IMG/VR virus record: IMGVR_UViG_3300027770_000027
Location: 1 to 64,000 of that record
Direction: 5' to 3' (one strand)
Length of the DNA stretch: 64,000 bases
Shown here: positions 47,791 through 55,686 of the stretch, one piece after another
How the letters are laid out: every line of letters begins with the position of its first letter
How positions within the stretch are numbered: position 1 is the stretch's first letter
The notes under the pieces: generated by a model
Database searches by the model: none
What the model was told of the DNA's origin: nothing
Seen by the model: only the letters and a program-made list of their open reading frames with translations
Made by a program: the position numbers and the translations under genes

Positions 47791-48039
47791 ATGACTATAA
47801 AGGAAACTTTAAATCTAATATTAGAAACACGGGATGTTTTGATATCAGATTATACAAATATACACGGAGAAGATCCTACAAATGAGGACCTCCTTCTTCA
47901 TGTTAAAAAAATTATTAAAGAGGGAAATGCAGATGAACTTTTGGAAAGTATATTACTAGAAGAAGATATAGAAGATGTTGCTGATCTCTATAAACTTCTT
48001 CTATTAACTGCTGCCTCTGTATCAGACCATAAAGATTAA
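47791..48039 (+). CDS. Hypothetical acidic protein
   Basis: 82-aa ORF. Confidence 0.45.
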   Translation: MTIKETLNLILETRDVLISDYTNIHGEDPTNEDLLLHVKKIIKEGNADELLESILLEEDIEDVADLYKLLLLTAASVSDHKD

Positions 48040-48305
48040 GCAGCAACTGCCACCACTTCCTTTGTCTCAACTGTATACTGCTTGTCTACAAAGTGTCCTT
48101 TACTGGAAGGACTTCCAAGGGTTTTAAGTTGTTGATAAACAGAACGATAATTGATTTTAATAGTAAGATTGTGTTCCGCTGCAACTGTGGTTGCAACTTC
48201 TACTGCCTTACTGACAGATACTCCTGAAGTTCCGGCATTTTTAAGAATGGAAGAAACTACAGATGACAGGGATACTCGCTTGGTGTTGGTGTTGGTGGTA
48301 TTCAT
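48036..48305 (-). CDS. Hypothetical protein, possible winged helix
   Basis: 89-aa ORF. Confidence 0.45.
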   Translation of the reverse strand: MNTTNTNTKRVSLSSVVSSILKNAGTSGVSVSKAVEVATTVAAEHNLTIKINYRSVYQQLKTLGSPSSKGHFVDKQYTVETKEVVAVAA

Positions 48306-48350
48306 ATGTGTTATTGTTTGTATATATCATAGATCTCTTTTGTGGGAAGG

Positions 48351-48602
48351 TCACTCTTCTTCTTGCTCCATTTCTTCGATATGTCTAAAATTAATTGGAA
48401 GGCCATCTGTTAAAAATCCCTCTTTGTGCATATACCCCATAATCATTTGCATATAATAGGGATTTGGTCTACCGGCAATATCTTTCTCTAATTCTGGTTC
48501 CAAGCAAACAATATCTCTATTTTTGCCTTTAAAATTAATATAAAATTTATTTCCCAGAATATTGAGAAAATATGTTTTCCGAATATTCTTTTTAATTCTC
48601 AT
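48351..48602 (-). CDS. Hypothetical protein
   Basis: Start MRIKK overlaps the upstream stop region. Confidence 0.45.
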   Translation of the reverse strand: MRIKKNIRKTYFLNILGNKFYINFKGKNRDIVCLEPELEKDIAGRPNPYYMQMIMGYMHKEGFLTDGLPINFRHIEEMEQEEE

Positions 48603-48603
48603 T

Positions 48604-48771
48604 TTAAAACAATTCTTCTGCAATTCCTAGGGTTTCTGCAATGATAATAAGCATACCCGCAACTGGAATTGCCATATTATTATTTAGAAGTAATACAATT
48701 CCTGCCCAGACTCGAAAGCCGGATTTGATGAGAGAAATGATTAAATGTTTTTTAGGATCTGGAGTTTTCAT
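48604..48771 (-). CDS. 55-aa membrane protein (below ORF-track cutoff)
   Basis: Hand translation MKTPDPKKHLIISLIKSGFRVWAGIVLLLNNNMAIPVAGMLIIIAETLGIAEELF. Confidence 0.55.
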   Translation of the reverse strand: MKTPDPKKHLIISLIKSGFRVWAGIVLLLNNNMAIPVAGMLIIIAETLGIAEELF

Positions 48772-48809
48772 AAAAAAAGAAAGGGCTCTGGATTTACTCC
48801 AGAGCCCTT
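48772..48809 (-). terminator. Intrinsic terminator
   Basis: AAGGGCTCTGGA-gtaaa-TCCAGAGCCCTT followed by a U-tract on the minus strand. Confidence 0.85.
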
Positions 48810-48821
48810 AGAGGTTATTTT

Positions 48822-49067
48822 TTAGCGGCTACGGCGGTTGCGGGCAACGCGTGCGAAGCGACCCTTGTTGTCACGAACATTGTGGAATCGTGTCTGCAAG
48901 ATAACATTGTTAGTGCGATCAACCATACCAATTACAGTATACTTGCTATGATTAATGCTCTTTTCAACTAGACACATCTTATAAGTCTTTTCAGTGGTAG
49001 GTTCGACATTACGACCAGTAAGACAAGTGATGTTCTTGATGACGATGTTTGGGTTTGTTGTACTCAT
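48822..49067 (-). CDS. Small basic protein
   Basis: Arg-rich C-terminus RDNKGRFARVARNRRSR; has its own terminator. Confidence 0.55.
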   Translation of the reverse strand: MSTTNPNIVIKNITCLTGRNVEPTTEKTYKMCLVEKSINHSKYTVIGMVDRTNNVILQTRFHNVRDNKGRFARVARNRRSR

Positions 49068-49130
49068 ATGTTGTGATATTATAATAACTCATATGAGCAG
49101 GGAAGTCACCAAGAAAAGATAAGTATTTAT

Positions 49131-49727
49131 ATGAAGGGGTTTGTAAAGCTCTGGCTAACTGTAATAACCTTTTTTGGATTATTGCTATTTGGTTCTCAAT
49201 TAAGTTTGGGAGCCACACCATTAAGAGAATCTCAATTGATACGAAGGGTTTACCTAGATGTTCTAGGGTTTCCTCCAAGTCCTAAAGAGTTAGATTGGTA
49301 TTTAACATATAACTCTAAATCGTATGAAACAGCCGTGGACTGGGTGATTAATAGTCACGGTGCTTACTTTCAAAATTTAGATCCGGTTGAAATGAAGAGG
49401 TATTTGTGTTCTATAGAGTATAAAACAACTCCTCAAATTAAAATAATACCTTTTCAATTAGAAATGATAATCAAATACCAGTGTGGTGATCTTAGTCTTT
49501 CTCTAAATGACGCAAAAATCAAATTAACAAAAGATGCAGTTGGTTTTGGAGAGGGCAATGTTTTAGACACTATAGATTATATCGCAGAAAGTCTAATGGC
49601 TAGAGTTTCTCATGCAGAAGAAGCTACTAGTTTGTTAAAAATATATAAAAAATACCCCTCTGAAGCAGAGGGGTATTTTAACGTTGTGTCTGAAATAATG
49701 ACTTATAAAGATTATCTTTACAAGTAA
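49131..49727 (+). CDS. Exported protein with a DUF1549/DUF1553-like (PSCyt2/PSD1) motif
   Basis: Signal-peptide-like N-terminus; QLIRRVYLDVLGFPPSPKEL; LMARVSHAEE. Confidence 0.6.
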   Translation: MKGFVKLWLTVITFFGLLLFGSQLSLGATPLRESQLIRRVYLDVLGFPPSPKELDWYLTYNSKSYETAVDWVINSHGAYFQNLDPVEMKRYLCSIEYKTTPQIKIIPFQLEMIIKYQCGDLSLSLNDAKIKLTKDAVGFGEGNVLDTIDYIAESLMARVSHAEEATSLLKIYKKYPSEAEGYFNVVSEIMTYKDYLYK

Positions 49728-49734
49728 TATTTAT

Positions 49735-49956
49735 TTATTTCCAAATAATATTCCATTCAAAATGTTTTATTACATTCAAAGCATTTTTATTTTGGATAGT
49801 CCAATCAATATCTTCCGGGGGATTATGCTTTTGTATAATTTGATTTCTCAATTCTAACAAATGTTTTACAGTTTCTGCATTAGAATAATGTAATTTTACA
49901 TTACCTAGTTGATTATCCAATTCTTGTATTATGGAATATAATAAAGAGGTGTCCAT
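49735..49956 (-). CDS. Hypothetical protein
   Basis: Likely start MDTSLL overlaps the upstream TAA. Confidence 0.45.
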   Translation of the reverse strand: MDTSLLYSIIQELDNQLGNVKLHYSNAETVKHLLELRNQIIQKHNPPEDIDWTIQNKNALNVIKHFEWNIIWK

Positions 49957-50132
49957 TAAATTCCAACGTGGTTTTCGTCCCACAGGTCTAAATTGTGTTC
50001 GTGATGCCATTTGATAGCAATATCGCCGAGTGTCTGGTGGAGATTAAAGGCCCACTTTGTAGGAATCTTCCAGAGAAGAGGGCTAACTGCTAAGATGGCT
50101 TTACCTAAAAATCGAAGAACGGTTCTTTTCAT
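49956..50132 (-). CDS. 58-aa hypothetical protein (below ORF-track cutoff)
   Basis: MKRTVLRFLGKAILAVSPLLWKIP...; TTCCCC...TATAAT promoter 6 nt upstream. Confidence 0.55.
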   Translation of the reverse strand: MKRTVLRFLGKAILAVSPLLWKIPTKWAFNLHQTLGDIAIKWHHEHNLDLWDENHVGI

Positions 50133-50175
50133 GTCTTAATTATACTAACTCTTTTGGGGAATCTCTCGTAAAAAC

Positions 50176-50712
50176 TTACACAATCGGGGTCTGCTTCTGA
50201 GTAGCTACACTCACTGGAGTTTGTTTAGCCCCTCCTCCTGATATTTCGTCCGTCCTCCACTTATCCGTATACATATACTCTCTAAAGGAGGGCATATTTT
50301 GACCCCGAAGTTTTAATCCTTCAGAATTTCCCCACTTATCATAAGCATCAATTTCTCTAGTAGTGTTTGGTTTGCCTTCTATTTGAGGATCATAAGAACC
50401 AGGTTTAAATGCCGAGCTGCTCGTAGATACAGAACTAATTCGATAGTTTTTAATGAGAGGATATGCCTTTGAAAGTCTTTCACCCACTGGAGTCTTTTCC
50501 AATTTTTTCCAAATTGCCCCAGCATTTAGTTGAGAGCTTCCCTGATGTTGAACGTCATCCATTCTGACACCAGCTGCTAATTCTGGATCAGATTCTATAG
50601 TGTTTATTAAATCTTGAACGTCTCTTGAGTTGTCTATGAGGTCGGGTAAGGAATATCCTTGTTTTTGAGAGCCTCCTGTTACAACTTGTTCAAAGAAATA
50701 GTATCGTTTCAT
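50176..50712 (-). CDS. Hypothetical protein, possible internal head protein
   Basis: MKRYYFFEQ; (TAAA)n late-type motifs upstream. Confidence 0.5.
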   Translation of the reverse strand: MKRYYFFEQVVTGGSQKQGYSLPDLIDNSRDVQDLINTIESDPELAAGVRMDDVQHQGSSQLNAGAIWKKLEKTPVGERLSKAYPLIKNYRISSVSTSSSAFKPGSYDPQIEGKPNTTREIDAYDKWGNSEGLKLRGQNMPSFREYMYTDKWRTDEISGGGAKQTPVSVATQKQTPIV

Positions 50713-50747
50713 ATATCTTTATTTATTTATTTATTTATCATAAAAAA

Positions 50748-50829
50748 TGGTCCACGGGCAGGATTTCTATGTAGCTACATTCCAATCACGACAAGACCTA
50801 TATACCATTGGGTTTGTGGTTACCCGTGA
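50748..50829 (-). ncRNA. tRNA-like element with a CCA end but no canonical T-arm
   Basis: UCACGGG/CCCGUGG-A-CCA acceptor and ACCA/UGGU D-like stem; first-order neighbour of the tRNA cluster. Confidence 0.5.
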
Positions 50830-50836
50830 ACCAAAG

Positions 50837-50913
50837 TGGTGCAATCGGCGGGATTCGAACCCGCGACCAACAGATTAGAAATCTGTTGCTCTATCCAGCT
50901 GAGCTACGATTGC
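50837..50913 (-). tRNA. tRNA-Arg(UCU)
   Basis: GCAATCG...ACAGA-TT-TCT-AA-TCTGT...GGTTCGAATCCC...CGATTGC-ACCA. Confidence 0.95.
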
Positions 50914-50923
50914 TTGTTAAAAA

Positions 50924-50998
50924 TGGAGCGGGTAGAGGGAATTGAACCCTCCTATCTAGTTTGGAAGACTAGGGCATTAGCCACTATGCTATACCCGC
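50924..50998 (-). tRNA. tRNA-Gly(UCC)
   Basis: GCGGGTA...CTAGT-CT-TCC-AA-ACTAG...GGGTTCAATTCCC...TACCCGC-TCCA. Confidence 0.95.
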
Positions 50999-50999
50999 A

Positions 51000-51073
51000 T
51001 GGCACGTCCTGAGGGAATCGAACTCTCATCAACGGTTTTGGAGACCGCAGTTTTACCATTAAACTAAAGACGC
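51000..51073 (-). tRNA. tRNA-Trp(CCA)
   Basis: GCGTCTT...GCGGT-CT-CCA-AA-ACCGT...GAGTTCGATTCCC...AGGACGT-GCCA. Confidence 0.93.
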
Positions 51074-51115
51074 ATTGAGTATATTTTATATCAAAAAATC
51101 TTTAAAGCAACAAAA

Positions 51116-51853
51116 TTAAGAAATTAATGTTTTATTGATAAGGTTTACGTAAAAATTATCAAAGAAATTTGCAGGCCTTGCGGCAGATTTTCCAGCAGCG
51201 GGCAAACCACCTCTTCTGCGTTTAGAGGTTCCAGCGGCTGGTAATTTGCCCCTTCTAGGCTTGGTAACTGGCGGTTCTGTTAAAGGGGGTTCTGTAGAGG
51301 TTCCTGGTTCAGTTGAAGGAGGGGGTGTTCCAGATTCAGCTGGAGGGGGCTCTGTAGTTGTTCCTGGGTCAGTTGAAGTGGCAGGATCTGTTGTTCCGGG
51401 ATCTGTTGAAGTAGCTGGATCTGTTGTTCCGGGGTCAGTTGGAGGAGGGGTTGTAATTGCATCTGGTTCTGTAGGGTTAATGTTACTCGATCCTGAAATA
51501 GTTTCTACTGTCTTAGATATGTTGGAAACTAGGTCTGTAATGTTTTGAGTACTTGGTCTTCTTCCTTTTGGAAAAAGTCCTAATTTGTAAAAATCATTCA
51601 ACATATCAGTTGCGTGAGATTTTGCTATAGACTGAATTTTAGCTGAGGTCCCTTCTTTGGCAGCATCTTGAGTATTAATACCCGCTCCTCCAGTTCCACG
51701 AACAATAGCCTTTCCTACAGCACCTACATTAGAAGCCATAGTACTTGCAGCCGTTTTAGCTCCTTGCAGCCTTGCACCTATGCGGCTAAACAGCCCTTCT
51801 TCTAAAGTATTTCCGTTTAAAGCATCTTGTACATATTCATTAAATGATCCCAT
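51116..51853 (-). CDS. Hypothetical protein with Pro/Thr repeats, possible internal head protein
   Basis: MGSFNEYVQDALNGNTLEEG; DPGTTDPATST repeated; GTATAAATA upstream. Confidence 0.55.
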   Translation of the reverse strand: MGSFNEYVQDALNGNTLEEGLFSRIGARLQGAKTAASTMASNVGAVGKAIVRGTGGAGINTQDAAKEGTSAKIQSIAKSHATDMLNDFYKLGLFPKGRRPSTQNITDLVSNISKTVETISGSSNINPTEPDAITTPPPTDPGTTDPATSTDPGTTDPATSTDPGTTTEPPPAESGTPPPSTEPGTSTEPPLTEPPVTKPRRGKLPAAGTSKRRRGGLPAAGKSAARPANFFDNFYVNLINKTLIS

Positions 51854-51873
51854 AATAAATTATTTATACAAAC

Positions 51874-52185
51874 TTAGTGACTGTTTATTAGATAGATAGA
51901 GAAAACCATTAAAGAAATACCCACCCATTGTATATTAGAAATGTTCTCTCCATAGATTACAAATCCAGCAAAGTAAGCCAATGCTCCTAAAATATCATAT
52001 AGAGCACTTAGTTTTACTAACCCGAGAGCTGAATGCCTCACTACATATGCCCACACAAACATTCCCAAGGTGCTTGTTATAATAGAAGACCAGGCTGGTA
52101 AACTTTCCTTACGAACTTCAACAGCCACAAAGGAACTAGCCACGCAAATAAAGGCATAAATTATAGCTGCAATAAGATCTTTCAT
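51874..52185 (-). CDS. Small DMT-superfamily (SMR/EamA-like) membrane protein
   Basis: Four TM helices; GENISNIQWVGISLMVFSIYLI. Confidence 0.7.
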   Translation of the reverse strand: MKDLIAAIIYAFICVASSFVAVEVRKESLPAWSSIITSTLGMFVWAYVVRHSALGLVKLSALYDILGALAYFAGFVIYGENISNIQWVGISLMVFSIYLINSH

Positions 52186-52244
52186 ACAACGTTAAATACT
52201 TAGTATTTCGTAGCATGATATGGTTATTCAATTATAATAAAAGT

Positions 52245-52634
52245 ATGTCGATGTGTTTAAACATTAAATCCAAACTAACTGACACCTATCCTAAACTGTT
52301 TGCAAGGGTTCAATATTTTGAATGTGGGATTGGTTGGTACAATCTTCTTGATAGAATGTGTAATAAATTACAGTCTTATATAGACAAAGAAGGCGAAGAA
52401 CAGATTAATATTACTTCTATTAAAAATATGTACGGACTCTTGTTAGTACATGCTAGCACTTATGGAATGGAGAGGGCTGAAGAAATTATAGAAGAAGCAG
52501 AAGCAGAAGCTACTGTTACTTGTGAGTTTACAGGTAACAAAGGAAGCCTCCACAGTGTGGGGTCCGTGTTCCACGTAGTTTGTCCGGAAAAGGCCAAGGA
52601 ACTTAATTTAAGTCCCTGTGAAAAGAGTTTCTAA
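52245..52634 (+). CDS. Conserved-type phage hypothetical protein
   Basis: ECGIGWYNLL...IKNMYGLL...TCEFTG; TATAAT 6 nt before ATG 52245. Confidence 0.55.
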   Translation: MSMCLNIKSKLTDTYPKLFARVQYFECGIGWYNLLDRMCNKLQSYIDKEGEEQINITSIKNMYGLLLVHASTYGMERAEEIIEEAEAEATVTCEFTGNKGSLHSVGSVFHVVCPEKAKELNLSPCEKSF

Positions 52635-52825
52635 CGACCCAAGCGAGGTATCTTATATAGTCGTGGCTCTTTTTGCGGACCTTGCCGCTGACTTCGGGAT
52701 TCTGAAACAGATGTTATGATTTGATTAAATCCATCTAGGAGGAGATGAAGGATGCTGGAACAGAAGGAAATGGCCACTCTCATAATCTATATTTACCTAT
52801 TATCCCTCCCACCCATATAATAAAA

Positions 52826-52904
52826 AAGGGCGTGTATCTAAAGTCTTTCAAGAAGAACTATTTGCGAAAAGACTAAAAGCAATAGTCTCCTGATACACGC
52901 CCTT
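52826..52904 (-). other. Long structured inverted repeat / terminator-like RNA
   Basis: 13-bp IR AAGGGCGTGTATC...GATACACGCCCTT enclosing a 53-nt internally pairing segment; U-tract on the minus strand. Confidence 0.6.
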
Positions 52905-52909
52905 AATAT

Positions 52910-53638
52910 TTATGCCACCTCTTCTAAAATCTCTTTAATTTCTGTTGGATTATTAATTTCATATTCTGCTCTAATAAGAGCAAATGTTTCTTTAGATTTA
53001 AGCCCTTGTGTAAATTTTAGATGTTGAAACCATTCATAATCTTCTTCAGAAACATTAATCATATATTGTTTCTTTTTACCAGGACCTTCTTCAAAGGTGT
53101 CTATTCGTACCAAACGAAAATCTTGAACGCCCTCTTTAATCACAAATTCCTGTACGTCTGCTAGGGATCTAACAGATAGGCTAGTCAGTGCAAATCCTCT
53201 CTGTGGCATTCTATCTACTTCTAGAAAGAACTTGTCTTCTGCTACTTTTTTAAAATTTTTATTATGATACTGGGTCTTGCTACAATCTAAGACATTATGC
53301 TGACTATTCCAAAGATGAACCATTTCATGGAGAAGGGTTTCTAGAATATCATTAATGGGTCTCCTCAAAGTCTCTGCAGCAATCATAATCTCTGTATGAA
53401 GAGTGTTCTGATACTGCCACTTGTTCTTCCAATGCCATCCGAGGCAAGCCTTCTTGCCTCTAGACAAAATGGTAATCAACGGCCTATTGAGGATATTTTC
53501 ACAATACTTTTCATTAAAATGGTCAAAGGCTCTATTAAGAATCTCCACAGCCTTAACATAAGGATTCTCGAATCCTGGTTCAATGGCGGTGAATTCTTCT
53601 ACGATCTCTTCTGTCTGGTCTGTGGTTTCTTCTTTCAT
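52910..53638 (-). CDS. SprT-like zinc metalloprotease
   Basis: ILETLLHEMVH...YHNKNF. Confidence 0.85.
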   Translation of the reverse strand: MKEETTDQTEEIVEEFTAIEPGFENPYVKAVEILNRAFDHFNEKYCENILNRPLITILSRGKKACLGWHWKNKWQYQNTLHTEIMIAAETLRRPINDILETLLHEMVHLWNSQHNVLDCSKTQYHNKNFKKVAEDKFFLEVDRMPQRGFALTSLSVRSLADVQEFVIKEGVQDFRLVRIDTFEEGPGKKKQYMINVSEEDYEWFQHLKFTQGLKSKETFALIRAEYEINNPTEIKEILEEVA

Positions 53639-53673
53639 GCTATTATTATACCAACTTTTATGGGGAAGTTCAA
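53639..53673 (-). promoter_or_regulatory. TTCCCC-type promoter, predicted leaderless
   Basis: TTGAAC-TTCCCCATAAAAGTTGG-TATAAT-AATAGC-ATG. Confidence 0.8.
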
Positions 53674-53675
53674 AT

Positions 53676-53706
53676 AAAAAAGCCGGTGTCTTTCGACACC
53701 GGCTTT
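53676..53706 (-). terminator. Intrinsic terminator after the beta-barrel gene
   Basis: AAAGCCGGTGTC-GAAA-GACACCGGCTTT plus U-tract. Confidence 0.9.
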
Positions 53707-53732
53707 GAGAGGCAGGAGTTGGCTATTCTAAA

Positions 53733-54509
53733 TTAGAATGAAACGGTTACTCCTGCAGAATTCTGCACAAAGCTGTTGGAGGCATTTGCCAGAGTTGTGT
53801 CTGTATTATAGTAGATGCTACTTGCCTTGAGAGCAAGTCGATCGGTTACGTTATACACAAAAGCTAGTCCGGCTCCTGTAAATGCATACTTTAGGTCCTT
53901 GTTAGTTCGGGTATAATAGCTACTAGAGCCAGCACCCACACTAACTGGGACACTAACAGATAGCTTTCCGAGGTTCTTAGTAGGAAGGATCCCCGTTTCG
54001 TAATAAGTCCCTCCCTTTGGATCTACTGCCCTTGAGACGTAGACATATGGATTCAAGGTTACTGGAAAAAATCCTTCATCATTGAAAGATACCCGACCAG
54101 TTACTCCTTGAGTGTTTACACCATCTCGACCAGGATATGCCTTAACTTCATATCCCGGAGTCACTGTGAAGCGTCCGAGACCTAAGGCGAGTCCTGCATT
54201 GTACTTGCTACGATACAAGGTGGATCCACTAGTTCCTACAATCTGTTCTGTAGATAGTTGTAGAGTACCTCCTGTAAACAACGGATATGCCAAAGACAAC
54301 TTTGGAACTACCACTGGATTGCTATCTAGTACACGACCGTGATACGTGTAATTAGATACCAAACTCGTTTCTAAGCTACCAGTCAAATCTGACTTTGAAG
54401 CCAACGAGATGTCAGGGCCGATTGGGCGGGTTGAAGAACCAGCGGAAGCTCCTGACGTGAAAGCCACTGCAATAAGAGCGGCTACAATAGTATGTTTTAG
54501 TTTTGTCAT
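53733..54509 (-). CDS. Outer-membrane beta-barrel (TorF/gcw_chp-like porin)
   Basis: Signal peptide MTKLKHTIVAALIAVAFTSGASA; SNYTYHG; alternating beta strands; C-terminal VTVSF. Confidence 0.75.
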   Translation of the reverse strand: MTKLKHTIVAALIAVAFTSGASAGSSTRPIGPDISLASKSDLTGSLETSLVSNYTYHGRVLDSNPVVVPKLSLAYPLFTGGTLQLSTEQIVGTSGSTLYRSKYNAGLALGLGRFTVTPGYEVKAYPGRDGVNTQGVTGRVSFNDEGFFPVTLNPYVYVSRAVDPKGGTYYETGILPTKNLGKLSVSVPVSVGAGSSSYYTRTNKDLKYAFTGAGLAFVYNVTDRLALKASSIYYNTDTTLANASNSFVQNSAGVTVSF

Positions 54510-54545
54510 ACGATTTATATTAGATATGTGTTGAGGGAAATGCAA
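54510..54545 (-). promoter_or_regulatory. TTCCC-type promoter, predicted leaderless
   Basis: TTGCAT-TTCCCTCAACACATATC-TAATAT-7 nt-ATG(54509). Confidence 0.75.
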
Positions 54546-54553
54546 CGGTTAAT

Positions 54554-55018
54554 TTATTGTGATGTGTTATATGCTTGGTGTTGGGTTTTATTTAGATTGC
54601 GAGATTTAAAAATCAAAGTAGTGGTCTCTTCCATCAAAGAATTTAATTGTGTAAGCTTCAAACCTCCTTGATCGATACTGTTAAATGTTTCTACCGCCAT
54701 GCTCTTTTCAATTTCTGCATCTACTTTATTAAGCTGATTTACCAGGATAGATCTGTCCTGTGTTAGAATTTTAACCTTCTCATAGACAAAGTCTTTTGAT
54801 GATTTTTGTTCAAAGGTTCCGTAAAGGGTGTCTAGCTTAGCTAAATTAGCCTTACACACTTCAACTTCACGAGCCAATTCCTGTCTGGTGATTTTCATTT
54901 GAGGATAGTGACTTTCCAAGAACACCATTTTTGGATCATTGTCTTTTAGGACATATCGCTTGCCTTCACAGGCAATCATTGAAAGAGATATCAAGCTCAA
55001 AAACAATATTTTTTTCAT
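54554..55018 (-). CDS. Coiled-coil lipoprotein
   Basis: MKKILFLSLISLSMIA-C lipobox. Confidence 0.7.
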   Translation of the reverse strand: MKKILFLSLISLSMIACEGKRYVLKDNDPKMVFLESHYPQMKITRQELAREVEVCKANLAKLDTLYGTFEQKSSKDFVYEKVKILTQDRSILVNQLNKVDAEIEKSMAVETFNSIDQGGLKLTQLNSLMEETTTLIFKSRNLNKTQHQAYNTSQ

Positions 55019-55019
55019 A

Positions 55020-55577
55020 TTACCTTACTACATTTTTATCTTCAAAACTATTAACCTCAAAGGTGGACTGTGCTCTTTTGGACTTAATTTTAAGATCAGC
55101 TAAGAGACTCTTAATAACGTCTGCTCTCTTTTCACATTCCATAACTGTATCTGTGGTATTGATCAAGGAAGCATTGGCTTTATAACTACTAATTTCTTCC
55201 TTCAGAAACCGTACTTCCGCACGTTGCTGTTCATAGACAGCAAAGAATTCTTTTAAAGTGTTTTCTGCTTCTGGAATCTTATTATTAAGTTCTGCTTGCA
55301 ACTTGGTATAATGGCCAATCCGGCGCTCATCTCCCTTGGCATACGCAGCATCCAATTCATCCTGATAAACCGCCTGCAAGGTCTTCAAACGAACTAGTCG
55401 TTCTTTAAAAGAAGAATATTGGCTCCGGTACATCTCCAAAGCACATTCTCCCTCGCCGGCAACCTTCATCATTTTATTTTCAGTATTGTCTCGAAACACG
55501 GTCAGGGCTATTCCGGTTTTTTCTGTACATCCAACCAAGAAGGATGATGTTAGAGCTAGTAGAAGAATCTTTTTCAT
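55020..55577 (-). CDS. Coiled-coil lipoprotein
   Basis: MKKILLLALTSSFLVG-C lipobox; TTGAAG-TTCCCCC...-TAACAT promoter upstream. Confidence 0.7.
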   Translation of the reverse strand: MKKILLLALTSSFLVGCTEKTGIALTVFRDNTENKMMKVAGEGECALEMYRSQYSSFKERLVRLKTLQAVYQDELDAAYAKGDERRIGHYTKLQAELNNKIPEAENTLKEFFAVYEQQRAEVRFLKEEISSYKANASLINTTDTVMECEKRADVIKSLLADLKIKSKRAQSTFEVNSFEDKNVVR

Positions 55578-55686
55578 TTATTCTTCTTATATGTTACCCC
55601 TTCTTCGGGGGAACTTCAAGCAGACAATTCTCTGCCTATAAGAATACTTATTCGAGAGACAGCCAAGATAAATATCATTAGAGACT

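Noticed and set aside
50718-50740. (TAAA)n microsatellite as a phase-variation site
   Set aside because: It is intergenic and simply reiterates the late TAAATA motif; there is no evidence of length variation from a single sequence
52634-52783. 50-aa minus-strand ORF MRVAISFCSS... after a GTAAATA motif
   Set aside because: No recognisable features, and its composition does not look clearly coding; too weak to call
54554-55577. Two lipoproteins as a two-component spanin
   Set aside because: Neither has an inner-membrane TM anchor, they carry an early-type promoter, and a better spanin candidate sits in the lysis cassette
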